A DNA stretch of 61,514 bases, the filler included. It is 5 parts of 5 records of this genome, joined end to end, with 100 filler letters (N's around TTAATTAATTAA, not from the genome) between each part and the next. Parts side by side here need not be neighbours in the genome. Positions count along the whole stretch, not along the records: positions 18,900 to 28,697 come from SRR31156797_3762; positions 28,798 to 39,222 come from SRR31156797_3763; 3 more parts are not named here. One strand, written 5' to 3'. Below the pieces are notes generated by a model. The model ran no database searches and was not told the origin of the DNA. It was given only the letters and a program-made list of their open reading frames with translations. Shown piece by piece: positions 20,890 through 31,635 of this stretch (position 1 is the stretch's first letter; each line of letters starts with the position of its first letter). Made by a program: the position numbers and the translations under genes.

Positions 20890-22152
20890 ATGGATACTGA
20901 AACCCTGAAGAAGACACTCATATCCCAGAATGCGATACCTGATGAGGAATACATAGAACGGGATATTTTCAATAAGATAAGGAATGCTGAAAGCAATCCA
21001 TTTGTAATCATAATCAACGGGATAAGGCGTTGTGGTAAATCGACCTTGCTTCAACAGATAAGGGAGATAAGCAAGGAGGATCGGTATTACCTGAACTTCG
21101 ATGACGAGCGCCTGATCGGGTTCAATGTTGATGATTTTCAGAAAATGCACGAGATATTCATTGAATTATATAATCCACAGAAGACCTTTTTCTTTGATGA
21201 GGTCCAGAACATTGACAAATGGGAAGCCTTTGTAAGACGTATCCACGATGAAGGTAACAAGGTCTATATAACAGGGTCTAACGCTTCTATGCTGAGCCGG
21301 GAACTTGGGACCCGACTCACCGGAAGACATATCTCGTACACACTTTATCCTTTCTCTTTCAGGGAATATCTCCGGTTCAACAACGTTTCTTATGGCAGGG
21401 ATGAACTCTATCTTACAGAGTCACGTTCAGTGATAAAAAAACATTTCAATGAATATCTTAGTGTTGGAGGGATTCCGGAATACCTGAAATACAGGAACGA
21501 GGATTATTTCAGGTCGCTTTATGACAGTATAATCTACAGGGATGTGATCGCACGGTACAATCTCTCTGGCGAGAGAACGCTAAAGGAACTTATCCACTAT
21601 CTTGCATCCAATATCGGGCGTGAGTTCAGCTACAATTCCCTGCGGAAAATGCTTGGATTGTCTAATTCATCGACCGTAAAGGAATATCTTAATTATTTTG
21701 AGAACAGTTTCCTTATCTTCACCATCCAGAGGTATTCTCCGTCATTGAAGAAACAGATATATTCCAACAAGAAGGTCTACTTTATAGACAACGGTCTTGT
21801 AAACACTATCTCTTTTCGCTTTTCCGAGAACCGCGGAAGCATGCTGGAAAACATTGTATTCCTTGCTTTGAGAAGAAAAGGTGGTCAGATCTATTATCAC
21901 AAGGATAAAAAAGAGTGTGATTTTGTTATAAAAGATAGTTATGAGATACGTGAAGCGATTCAGGTAACTCATAACATGGATGACCCCAGGACCAGAGAAC
22001 GGGAAATTGAAGGTCTTAAAGAAGCAATGGATGAATACGGTCTGAAAGAGGGTCTTATATTGACGGGAGATACTGAAGACAACATCGTCCTTGATGACAA
22101 AAGAACAATATTCATAAAACCTGTCTGGAAATGGATGCTGCAAAATAGCTAG
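20890..22152 (+). CDS. AAA_14/DUF4143 family ATPase
   Basis: GIRRCGKST, YLNFDDERL, FFDEVQ, ITGSNAS, LTGRH, YPFSFRE, GGIPE, KVYFIDNGL, ECDFV..IQV. Confidence 0.92.
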   Translation: MDTETLKKTLISQNAIPDEEYIERDIFNKIRNAESNPFVIIINGIRRCGKSTLLQQIREISKEDRYYLNFDDERLIGFNVDDFQKMHEIFIELYNPQKTFFFDEVQNIDKWEAFVRRIHDEGNKVYITGSNASMLSRELGTRLTGRHISYTLYPFSFREYLRFNNVSYGRDELYLTESRSVIKKHFNEYLSVGGIPEYLKYRNEDYFRSLYDSIIYRDVIARYNLSGERTLKELIHYLASNIGREFSYNSLRKMLGLSNSSTVKEYLNYFENSFLIFTIQRYSPSLKKQIYSNKKVYFIDNGLVNTISFRFSENRGSMLENIVFLALRRKGGQIYYHKDKKECDFVIKDSYEIREAIQVTHNMDDPRTREREIEGLKEAMDEYGLKEGLILTGDTEDNIVLDDKRTIFIKPVWKWMLQNS

Positions 22153-22290
22153 GAACAGGAATGATCAGTAGTGTGTTGATCAGGATATATTTTGCAGCCC
22201 TGAACTCACAATCTCATATCTGGACTGTTGTCCGTGGTATTAAACATGAGTGCTATCGTCCTGTTGATGTCATCAGAGTGCCGGTCTTCA

Positions 22291-22347
22291 TCGGGATGGT
22301 TTAAGTTATTCATGAATTGCGATTTACCTAACTTATTGTTCCCTACA
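22291..22347 (-). repeat. right 57-bp imperfect inverted repeat
   Basis: Reverse complement is TGTAGGGAACAATAAGTTAGGTAAATCGCAATTCATGAATAACTTAAACCATCCCGA. Confidence 0.85.
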
Positions 22348-22464
22348 TTCTTATGTTTCTGAAAGTTTACAAAAAATCATCGATAAACAAAGAACAATGC
22401 GACCATTATTGACAAAACAGGTTTATACAATGCTAACCGATGCTTTCCCCCCAATGGTGATGAT

Positions 22465-23130
22465 GTGTTAAAGGCAGTAATATTCGATATGGACGGTGTG
22501 CTTGTTGATTCAATGTCCGATCACGCTGAAGCGGTTCAGCACATATTTGATGAGATAGGTGTCGAGATGGACAAGCAGGACATCTTTGAGCGGGAAGGTG
22601 AGAGGACCGTGGACATAGTGGAATTCCTGCTTGAAAAGGGGACTGGGGATGCATCGAAATACAATATATCGGATATTGTTGAGAGATACATTGCCGAGTT
22701 CAACAGGATAGCTGAAACGAAGGTCTTTGAAGGGATGCAGGAATGCCTGAACCTCCTGAAACAGAAATTCGACCTTGCTGTTGTGTCGGGTTCTGACAGA
22801 CCGATTGTCCATGATATAATTGATTCTAAGTATCCCGGAGTATTCAGGGAACTTGTTACCGCAGATGATGTGCAGCGTGGTAAACCTGAACCTGACCCAT
22901 ATCTGAAAGCTGTTGAAATGCTTGGTATCTCAGGCCATGAGGCCATAGTAGTAGAGAATGCGCCCATGGGCGTTGAGGCTGCTAAAAGGGCGGGTCTGTG
23001 CTGTGTGGCAGTACCCACATACCTGGATGCGGAAAAGTTCCATCAGGCAGACATGGTCATTGAGAACCACATCCGCCTTGTAGAGTTCCTGAACGGACTG
23101 GAACCCTCTTATGACTGTTCCCGGCCATAA
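22465..23130 (+). CDS. HAD-superfamily phosphatase
   Basis: VIFDMDGVLVDS, VVSGS, GKPEPDPY, VVENAPMGVEAAKRAG. Confidence 0.93.
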   Translation: MLKAVIFDMDGVLVDSMSDHAEAVQHIFDEIGVEMDKQDIFEREGERTVDIVEFLLEKGTGDASKYNISDIVERYIAEFNRIAETKVFEGMQECLNLLKQKFDLAVVSGSDRPIVHDIIDSKYPGVFRELVTADDVQRGKPEPDPYLKAVEMLGISGHEAIVVENAPMGVEAAKRAGLCCVAVPTYLDAEKFHQADMVIENHIRLVEFLNGLEPSYDCSRP

Positions 23131-23497
23131 TCATAGTCACACTTATTGATATGTACCAGTTATATATCATATTTGATATTTGCCAGTCAATACACACTCA
23201 AACAAAATAGACATAATTAACGAGAAAGATTGAAAATCGTTTTATGCTATCTTTTTTCATCTGGCACGTTTACTGGATTTTTTTTAAATGGTATTGTTGA
23301 TACAACTTTACTCAACATCAATTGTTTTTTTGTACAAGAAAAATCGTACCTGCTCTTTAAGTGTATAATGGTAACATATACATAATATCGCAAGACTTAT
23401 ATAATAACACCAGGAATATAATTGCCTAGAGGATATAGAAAATACAAGAAAACATGTTGAAAGATTAAAAAATAGGGTGAACTTAAGGGGAAGTAAG

Positions 23498-25897
23498 ATG
23501 AGTGAGGAAAAAAATTTCAGTGTTTTTGATCCCTCAATACGTTTTGAACATCGGGAATTTTATGAAGAGATCGTCACCGAACTGAATGTTCTTGTTCCGG
23601 TATGCTTTTATGGAGAAGCTACAGCTGTTGCGGTCAGTGAAAATTCAGTAGAACGTGATCAGATCACCGAATTAATGAAAAATGTAGAAAGTTTCTCGAG
23701 ACAATTGTTGCAGATCACAAAGAAACTATTTGACCAATATTATGTTGCCAAAGAAGAACAACATGAATCGATCCTTCATACAACTGCCTACAATAAGATC
23801 AACACCCTTGACAGGAATCTTCTTGAGAGGACTTGCGATGTGAGATGGTGGGCACTGGAAACAGCATTTGGAGACTGTATTTCGTTTTACGAAAGAACAA
23901 AACAAAGATCATTATCGATTCTACGAATTCTAGAGGAAGACCAGGATCGATCTCATTCCCGGGAACCGGGAATTAATGAAGGAAAAGATTATCCCCTTTC
24001 AACGGCAGGGTCTAATATACATCACCTGATCGCTGATGAACTTAGAGATTTTCCGAAATTATTGAAATATGGTGCATTAAAGGACTTTATCGGAAGATTC
24101 AAGCATCTTTGCTATGAATTAAAGGACAGAGATAAAGACCAAAAGATTCTTGAGTACTATCTACAGGATCTGAGAGATCTGGATTCCAGAATATCCTTTG
24201 CCTGTGATCGACTGGAAGACATTAAAAGCTCCTATACACTTTATCGGGATCTGGTCATTGCCGATCCTGAAGGATATATCGTCGCTAATTCTAACAGCCT
24301 TAGAAGATCAGAAGTTCTGGGCTTAAGAGTAAACGATGAGGATTGGTTCATCAGGGCTTTAAAAACCCAGAACGGAACAGAATATGTTGCTCAGGATATC
24401 TGTCCATCAGAGATAGAGGAGCAGCTTTCTCTGGTATATTCTACCGGCGTCCGTGAAAATAGTGATGAGAATGGCAATGTGATCGGAGCGATGGGCATAT
24501 TTTTTGATTTTCAGGGAGAGGCCAGGATAATCCTGGATGAATATATGCCTTTGACCCAGGCAGGGATCATACAGGATGGCTGTTATTCGATGTTTACCAG
24601 CAGTGATGGAAAAATTATTGCCTCGACAGATGAAGATATACTCGAGGTTGGAAAAAAAGCGCATGTTCCAAGAAATAACCGCTCCTTAGATGATGGCGAA
24701 CAGATAAACACTTATATGGCTTTTGAAGGAGTCGATTCTGCCATCTTTTCTTCCAGAACGAACGGTTATCTGGACTATCGCGGGCTTGGCTGGAGTTCCC
24801 ATATAATCATTCCAAAATCACATATTTTTGCGAGCACGGTCCAGGCTGATGGATACAATATCGAATCAAATGAATTGATGAATTCCAATATCAATCCAGA
24901 TATCAATAAACAGACCTACGCAAAAATACAGAATGACAAAAATGAAATTCAACTGATATCGCTCAACGGGACCATATATGCCTCAAAAATGGGAGAACGT
25001 GGTGATCAGCTGGGACCTATTTTCAATCAGATCACCAGATCCAGTAATTTCATTACGTCGAAAATGGAAGAATTGCTACAGGAGATGGCAGCCGTTGAAT
25101 TACAGCTGAATTTAAAGACGCTGGAAAACTTTGCTAAACAGGCTATAGATCTGATCGACAGGAATCTCTTTGAAAGATCAGCCGATATCCGCTGGTGGTC
25201 AACTGATGAATATTTCTGGAAAGCACTTTCAAATCCATCTGAAAATGAATTCATGAAAGCCAGCAATCGCCTGAAAGTTATCAATGGCAGTTATACCATG
25301 TACAGGAATCTGGTATTAGCAGATTCGCACGGAAATATCAAGGCCTGCTCAAATACAGAATTGATGAGTGAACTTGGCGAACTTGATGTGTCTGATCATA
25401 TCTGGTTCCAGGAGGGAGCCCGTACTTTGCGCTCAAACCAATATGCTGTTCAGGATGCTATTAATTCCCCGCTGGAAATAGATAAGGAACGGTCGCTGAT
25501 CTATGCTGGTGGTGTTCGCAAAAATGGTGAGAGGGAAGGTGAGACCATAGGAGTACTGGGTGTCCTGTTCGATTGGGACACCGAAGCTAAAACGATATTG
25601 GAAACATGCCTTCCTAAAGACAAGAACGGAGAGGTAATTCCTGGCAGTGTTGCTGTGTACATTAACCAGGACCGTGAAGTGATCGAGACAACGGGCAGAG
25701 AAGAATTCTCTGTGGGGTCGATCCTTGCCCTGCCCGATGAAGTCTCTGCCCTGCAGTCTGGAGAGAAGATATCCGGCATTTTGGAATTCGATTATCAAAA
25801 ATATGTCTACGGTGCCTGCAGGACAAAAGGGTACAGGGAATATCCGGGATTGAACTGGATCGCCTGCGTCCTCCGACCTATCTCTACAAACTCATGA
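23498..25897 (+). CDS. soluble tandem Cache-domain protein with a degenerate MCP-like hairpin
   Basis: Two copies of DRNL.ER..D.RWW..SYT.YR.LV.AD..G..WF..IG..G..FD..RT.GY..Y.GL.W; central IQLISLNGTIYASKMGERG; no TM helix. Start set at ATG 23498. Confidence 0.75.
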   Translation: MSEEKNFSVFDPSIRFEHREFYEEIVTELNVLVPVCFYGEATAVAVSENSVERDQITELMKNVESFSRQLLQITKKLFDQYYVAKEEQHESILHTTAYNKINTLDRNLLERTCDVRWWALETAFGDCISFYERTKQRSLSILRILEEDQDRSHSREPGINEGKDYPLSTAGSNIHHLIADELRDFPKLLKYGALKDFIGRFKHLCYELKDRDKDQKILEYYLQDLRDLDSRISFACDRLEDIKSSYTLYRDLVIADPEGYIVANSNSLRRSEVLGLRVNDEDWFIRALKTQNGTEYVAQDICPSEIEEQLSLVYSTGVRENSDENGNVIGAMGIFFDFQGEARIILDEYMPLTQAGIIQDGCYSMFTSSDGKIIASTDEDILEVGKKAHVPRNNRSLDDGEQINTYMAFEGVDSAIFSSRTNGYLDYRGLGWSSHIIIPKSHIFASTVQADGYNIESNELMNSNINPDINKQTYAKIQNDKNEIQLISLNGTIYASKMGERGDQLGPIFNQITRSSNFITSKMEELLQEMAAVELQLNLKTLENFAKQAIDLIDRNLFERSADIRWWSTDEYFWKALSNPSENEFMKASNRLKVINGSYTMYRNLVLADSHGNIKACSNTELMSELGELDVSDHIWFQEGARTLRSNQYAVQDAINSPLEIDKERSLIYAGGVRKNGEREGETIGVLGVLFDWDTEAKTILETCLPKDKNGEVIPGSVAVYINQDREVIETTGREEFSVGSILALPDEVSALQSGEKISGILEFDYQKYVYGACRTKGYREYPGLNWIACVLRPISTNS

Positions 25898-26025
25898 AAG
25901 TATGAAATTGATCTTTATATGATTTTACCGAACCCATAAACCATACGTTTTCAGGCTTATCTTAGCTGAATGAATTTCAATTATTTAATGTCTGGAATTT
26001 ACGATATGGAATGATCGTCTTGCGA

Positions 26026-27120
26026 TCATTCCCGGTCAAAATTATAGTTGCACTTTATTCCGCTCTCATCGGAACAAAGGTTGCATGAGACACATTTTGC
26101 GACCTCTGTCTCGCCTTTCCTGATCTTTGCAACAAGGTCAGGTTCGCAGATGAGAGGTCTGCAAATGGAAACCATATCGGCATATCCGTCATCAAGTATC
26201 TGTTCCATGACAGCTTTGGAGCGTATGCCGCCCACAACCATAACAGGAACATCCACTGCTTCCTTTATCATTTTGGAATAATCCCTGTAATAGGCCTCGG
26301 AATCAGCATTGTCTATCTTTGTCCTGAACATCTGCTGCCCGGCCTCCACAATTCCGCCACTGACCTCTATTGCACAGACACCATTCTCAGCAAGGATCTT
26401 TGCGATCTCAACGCACTCCGGTGCATCAAGGGTGTTCTTCGTGCCCTCGGGGAAACCATCAGTTGCGTTCAGCTTAACAAGTATCGGGAACTCATCACCG
26501 ATCATCTCATGTATCTTTTCTATGATATCAAGGATGATCTGTGTCCTCTTCTCAGTTGAGCCACCCCATCTGTCCTTACGCCTGTTTGTGTATGGTGAGA
26601 TGAAGTTGCTTAGCAGGAAACCGTGGGCTACATGCAGCTGGACACCATCGAAACCTGCTTCCTTTGCCCTTCTGGCAGCATTGGAGAAGTCTTCGATGGT
26701 CTGAAGGACTTCCTCTTCGGTCATTTCCTCAGGAGTGACGCCGTTCCTCTTGTTGGTCACAGCAGAAGGTGCAAGGATTACGGGATTCTCAGCGCTCATC
26801 ATGGTCTGCCTGCCGCCGTGGACGATCTGCACAACGATCTTGCTTCCGTGCTCATGGACTCTTGAGACTATTTTCCTGTAAGGTTCGATGAACCTGTCAT
26901 CATAAATGCCCTGCTGGAGATTGTCGCTTTTACCATTTGGGTTTACATAGGCATATCCTGTGATGATAAGCCCGATCTCGCCACGTGCAAGTTCCTCGTA
27001 AAGGTCACCTATCCTGTCAGTGGGAGTTCCATCCGGCTCTGCCATCCACTCATGGGTCGCAGAACGTACAAAACGATTTGGGACTTCCATGTTCCCAAGT
27101 GATATCGGTTCGAATAACAT
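26026..27120 (-). CDS. NADH:flavin oxidoreductase (Old Yellow Enzyme family)
   Basis: NRFVRSATHE, QIVHGGRQ, AGFDGVQLHVAHGFLLSNFISPYTNRR, VGGIRS, C-terminal CVSCNLC. Confidence 0.93.
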   Translation of the reverse strand: MLFEPISLGNMEVPNRFVRSATHEWMAEPDGTPTDRIGDLYEELARGEIGLIITGYAYVNPNGKSDNLQQGIYDDRFIEPYRKIVSRVHEHGSKIVVQIVHGGRQTMMSAENPVILAPSAVTNKRNGVTPEEMTEEEVLQTIEDFSNAARRAKEAGFDGVQLHVAHGFLLSNFISPYTNRRKDRWGGSTEKRTQIILDIIEKIHEMIGDEFPILVKLNATDGFPEGTKNTLDAPECVEIAKILAENGVCAIEVSGGIVEAGQQMFRTKIDNADSEAYYRDYSKMIKEAVDVPVMVVGGIRSKAVMEQILDDGYADMVSICRPLICEPDLVAKIRKGETEVAKCVSCNLCSDESGIKCNYNFDRE

Positions 27121-27162
27121 GCAGGAATATTGATGCCAGTGGCTTATATGCTTTTCTTAGCC

Positions 27163-27873
27163 TCATGCATCGTCATACCTAGCTTCATCCAGTTCTTCCT
27201 TCAGAGCTTCGTTATTAATTCTGTAGACAAGCATGGATGCAAATAGAAGTGCAAATGCCAGCATGTTAACAGCAAGAGTCAACTGAAGTGATGTTCCTTC
27301 AAGCCCGCCGCCGCTGCCACCGTAGGATGAGCTTCCGAACATCAGAGGATGGGCTGAACGCCACAACCTGATGGAAAAGAAACTGAGCGGAACCGATAGG
27401 AAACCAATGATACCAAAGACGGCTGTAAGACGTGCTCTCTTCTCAGGTTCCTCAAGTGCCTGGCGTAGCATCAGGTAGGCAAGATAGACAAGGAATAGTG
27501 CAAGAGATGTTGTGAGCCTCGGCTCCCATATCCAGTACCAACCCCATGTGGCTTTTGCCCATATGGAGCCTGTGGCGAGTACAAGGAATGCAAAGACAAC
27601 ACCCACCTCTGCGGCAGAATGGGCAACGATATCCCATTTACTGCTGTTTTCTCTTAGCTGCATTATACTTGCGATGAAAACAACGGTGAAAGCCAGATAT
27701 GAGACCATTGCTATTGGCAGGTGGAAATAGAATATCTTAAAGCTGCTGTCTAATATCTCGCCTGCATTGCTTTTCATTTCCGGGACATAGAAAAATACCA
27801 TTCCAATGGCAATTAGCATAACAGGGATGGTGACAGCTGCAAGTATTCTTTCTTTTTTCCTGTCGATTAACAT
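27163..27873 (-). CDS. ccmC: cytochrome c maturation heme exporter subunit CcmC
   Basis: IFYFHLP, TGSIWAKATWGWYWIWEPRLT (WWD domain), RSAHP; six TM segments. Confidence 0.88.
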   Translation of the reverse strand: MLIDRKKERILAAVTIPVMLIAIGMVFFYVPEMKSNAGEILDSSFKIFYFHLPIAMVSYLAFTVVFIASIMQLRENSSKWDIVAHSAAEVGVVFAFLVLATGSIWAKATWGWYWIWEPRLTTSLALFLVYLAYLMLRQALEEPEKRARLTAVFGIIGFLSVPLSFFSIRLWRSAHPLMFGSSSYGGSGGGLEGTSLQLTLAVNMLAFALLFASMLVYRINNEALKEELDEARYDDA

Positions 27874-28229
27874 GTTAATTCCCTGTTTTATAGAGATTCC
27901 TTGTTTAAATGCTTTTCATATACAGAACTTCAATGCTACCTCAAATAAAAGTGGTCTGCGTAGAAATGGCAATGATGGGGCTGTATTAGAGAGCAGATCA
28001 CAATTTGGGTATATACAAAATTATGCTTATGTATGGTTTTAGTATGACTAATTAAAACAAAAGTGTTAAATATAGTAATTGTTTTTTCATAAAGCGTATA
28101 GTACGTAGAATTATAGGGTCAACTTGTATTATTGAAGTTCCCTGGAATTCAAATTTTAGTTCCTAAACTAAAGCAGGGTATAATGCAGGAACAGGTTGAG
28201 AATTAGAGATCTATGCAGGAGCATTTACG

Positions 28230-28697
28230 ATGAAAAGATCATTAAGCATTTTATTGGCAGGGATGCTGCTAATAGGAGTAGTTGCAATTTCCGGATGTAC
28301 TGACAGTACAACTGAAGCAGCAAGTACTGAAGGAACCGGAACAGAAACAGAAACATATGAATTAATTGCAGCAACTGGTGCACATGGCGGGGAACCTGAA
28401 TCCGGCTTTAATCCGGTTACTGGCTGGGGTTATAACCATGAGCCTTTAATTCAGAGTACTCTTTTTAAAAGAGATAGTACTGCGGCCCTGATAAACGACC
28501 TTGCTACCGATTACTCAGTTACTGAAGATGGATATATATGGACCGTGACCATAAGGAACGATGTCAAATTCCATGACGGAGAAGCACTGACAGCAGAGGA
28601 CGTAGCATTCACATTCAACACTGCAGCAAATGCCGGTGGAAATGTGGACCTTTCCATGCTTGAAAAAGCCACAGCTATAGATGATGAGACTGTTGAA
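28230..28697 (+). CDS. ABC transporter substrate-binding lipoprotein, family 5 (peptide/nickel), partial
   Basis: Lipobox ISGC; DLATDY..DG..WTVTIRNDVKFHDGEALTAEDVAFTF. Confidence 0.9.
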
Positions 28698-28797
28698 NNN
28701 NNNNNNNNNNNNNNNNNNNNNNNNNNNNNNNNNNNNNNNNNTTAATTAATTAANNNNNNNNNNNNNNNNNNNNNNNNNNNNNNNNNNNNNNNNNNNN
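28698..28797. other. artificial contig spacer
   Basis: Same N/TTAATTAATTAA/N linker. Confidence 0.98.
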
Positions 28798-31617
28798 CAT
28801 TACGAAGCTCCTGAATACTACAAGGATGCTATGGTAGTGGCTTATAAAGTGCCTGAATCATTCAAAACATTAAAATCTTTGCAACCTAAAGTTACTTCGA
28901 GCGGAGGTAGTTTTAATCTTGATTTATTAACCGATGGTGATTTAGAATCTTCATCATCACTTCCCAATGCTCCTGCAGGAAAAAAATCCTGGATTCAGTT
29001 TGAATTCAACAAATCCGAAACTATTCATTCTGTTTCGATAGTAGGTGGTGGCGAGGTTGGCATGTTTGGCCGTGGCGGAAGCCAATTAACCAGAGCACTG
29101 GAAGTAAGTAACGATGGTAATAATTTTGAACAGGTTGTGATACTACATAATGGGGGGATAGCACAAACAACGGTAACATTTGCTCCACAAACCGCCAAAT
29201 TTTTTCGGGTAACTTTTAAATCGCCGGAACCGGCACCAATGCCAGATATGGAAGCATTATCGGAAATGGAAGGTTTCTTCAATTTTGCCGACCTCAGGAA
29301 TGCTCCACAGGGAACCGACGTTTCCGAAATAGTTTTACATACAAATCCATTGATTAACCGCTTCGAAGAAAAAGCAGGTTTTGCTGTTATTACAAATGTT
29401 GAGAAGCTAGCAACTCCGGTAGCGGATGAAACAAATATAATCGCCCCTGAAAGTATTGTTGATTTAACCGATCAAATGCAGGCTGATGGAACATTAAACT
29501 GGACAGCTCCCGAAGGAACCTGGAATATTATCCGTTTCGGATATTCATTACTTGGAATAAACAATCATCCGGCTTCACCTGAAGCTACCGGGCTTGAAGT
29601 TGACAAGCTAAACGAAGTTTATGTGAAAAATTATTTTGAAAACTACCTAGACCAATACCTCGATGCCACTGGTGGAAAAATGGGTGAAGAAGGTTTAAAA
29701 TACATTATTACCGATAGCTGGGAAGCGGGCGCTGCCAACTGGACCGATGATATGGAGGAAGAATTCAATCAAAGAAATAATTACGATTTAAAAGCCTGGG
29801 TCCCGACTCTTACAGGAAAAATTGTTGAAAGTTCAGAAGCAAGCGAAAAATTCCTTTGGGATTATAGAAATACACTTGAAGAGATGGTGGCTCAAAACCA
29901 CTACGACGAATTAACAACTATTCTTCACAACAGAGGAATGGGCCGCTACACCGAATCTCATGAAAGTGGAAGAGCATTAATTGCAGATGGTATGGAAGTA
30001 AAACGATCGGCAGATATTCCAATGAGTGCCACCTGGACTCCGGGAGGCCTGGGAGCTGCGCCCGATGGAGGACCTGAAGCACGCCACGAAGCCGACATTC
30101 GTGAATCGGCATCGGTTGCACACATTTACGGCCAAAATATTAATGCTGCCGAATCGTTCACAGCGATTGGAAGTACATGGGCATTTTCACCTGAAAGGAT
30201 TAAACCAACAGCCGATTTTATGCTGGCCAGCGGTTTAAACCGGTTTGTAATTCACACTTCTGTTCATCAACCGGTCGACGATAAATTTCCCGGGTTAGGA
30301 TTAGGACCTTTCGGCCAGTGGTTTACCCGTCACGAAACCTGGGCTGAACAAGCTAAACCATGGATAGATTATTTGGCAAGAAGCTCTTACATGCTTCAAC
30401 AAGGGCAGTTTATTGCCGATATTATTTATATCTACGGTCAAGGATCAAACCTGACTTCACTTTTTGGCAATGAATTACCGGCCATTCCTCAAGGATATAA
30501 TTACGATTTCCTGAATGCTGGTGCTGTTCCTTCTGTTCTTTCTGTGCAAGACGGAAAAATAAAAACAGAAAGTGGAATGGAATACAAAATTTTAATTTTA
30601 GATGAAAGTACCCGATACATGACACTTCCCGTTTTAAAGAAAATTCAGGAATTGGTAAACAACGGAGCTGTTGTGGTAGGCCCAAAACCAATAAATACAC
30701 CATCGCTGAATGATGACCAGAATGAGTTTCAAACCATTACAGAGCAGCTATGGGCTAACGAAAATGTATATTCAAATATTTCAATTGAAGATGCTCTTAA
30801 TAAACTGCAGATAGAACCCGATTTTATTGTAGAAGAAAAAAGTACGGCCGGAAAGTTCGATTTTGTACATCGTTCATTAGGCAACCAGGAATTTTATTGG
30901 GTAAACACCACTGCTACAGAAAAACAATCGGTAAAACTTTCATTCCGGGTTTCCGGGTTTAAACCTGAAATTTGGAATCCGGTTACCGGCAAAATATCTG
31001 AAGTTTCCTACAATATTCAAGAAAACAGGACTCTGGTAAATCTTGAATTAGCTCCAGAAGATGCAATTTTTGTGGTATTCAGGGAACAAACAAATACAAA
31101 TTCATATGAAATACCTCGGTTTTCCGAAAGTATATTAGCCAATGTTTCCGGTGAATGGAACGTGAAATTTCAATCTGAACGAGGAGCTCCTGAAAGTGCC
31201 GTGTTTAATAAACTTTCAGCATGGAACGAAAATGAGACAGACGGAATTAAGTATTTTTCGGGAACAGCAGAATATACCAAAACAATTTCTATGTCAGAAG
31301 AATGGATTACTGATGGAAGTGAAATTTGGCTGGATTTAGGAGAAGTAAAAAATCTTGCCGAGGTTACGTTAAATGGCCAATCGCTGGGAATTGTATGGAA
31401 AAAACCATTTAGAGTTAAATTGAACGAAGCAGCAAAATCAGGAGAAAACCAGCTCTCTGTAAAAGTAACCAATTTATGGGTTAACCGTTTAATTGGCGAT
31501 CAGCAACCAAATACAAAGGAGGTAATAACTTATACAACGCAGGCCTTTTACCAGGCAGACTCTCCCCTCCTTTCTTCCGGATTACTCGGACCGGTTCAGA
31601 TTGTAGAAATTAATTAA
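28798..31617 (+). CDS. GH106 alpha-L-rhamnosidase (5'-partial)
   Basis: ATGLEVDKL, ITDSWEAG..NWT, SVAHIYGQ..AAESFT, GLNRFVIHTSVHQP, LDLGEVKNLAEV, SGLLGPV; frame open to the contig edge. Confidence 0.88.
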   Translation, partial: HYEAPEYYKDAMVVAYKVPESFKTLKSLQPKVTSSGGSFNLDLLTDGDLESSSSLPNAPAGKKSWIQFEFNKSETIHSVSIVGGGEVGMFGRGGSQLTRALEVSNDGNNFEQVVILHNGGIAQTTVTFAPQTAKFFRVTFKSPEPAPMPDMEALSEMEGFFNFADLRNAPQGTDVSEIVLHTNPLINRFEEKAGFAVITNVEKLATPVADETNIIAPESIVDLTDQMQADGTLNWTAPEGTWNIIRFGYSLLGINNHPASPEATGLEVDKLNEVYVKNYFENYLDQYLDATGGKMGEEGLKYIITDSWEAGAANWTDDMEEEFNQRNNYDLKAWVPTLTGKIVESSEASEKFLWDYRNTLEEMVAQNHYDELTTILHNRGMGRYTESHESGRALIADGMEVKRSADIPMSATWTPGGLGAAPDGGPEARHEADIRESASVAHIYGQNINAAESFTAIGSTWAFSPERIKPTADFMLASGLNRFVIHTSVHQPVDDKFPGLGLGPFGQWFTRHETWAEQAKPWIDYLARSSYMLQQGQFIADIIYIYGQGSNLTSLFGNELPAIPQGYNYDFLNAGAVPSVLSVQDGKIKTESGMEYKILILDESTRYMTLPVLKKIQELVNNGAVVVGPKPINTPSLNDDQNEFQTITEQLWANENVYSNISIEDALNKLQIEPDFIVEEKSTAGKFDFVHRSLGNQEFYWVNTTATEKQSVKLSFRVSGFKPEIWNPVTGKISEVSYNIQENRTLVNLELAPEDAIFVVFREQTNTNSYEIPRFSESILANVSGEWNVKFQSERGAPESAVFNKLSAWNENETDGIKYFSGTAEYTKTISMSEEWITDGSEIWLDLGEVKNLAEVTLNGQSLGIVWKKPFRVKLNEAAKSGENQLSVKVTNLWVNRLIGDQQPNTKEVITYTTQAFYQADSPLLSSGLLGPVQIVEIN

Positions 31618-31635
31618 TAAAAACAACAATTATAA

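Noticed and set aside
28042-28105. NikR-like operator upstream of the ABC binding protein
   Set aside because: Half-sites do not fit the GTATGA-N16-TCATAC spacing.
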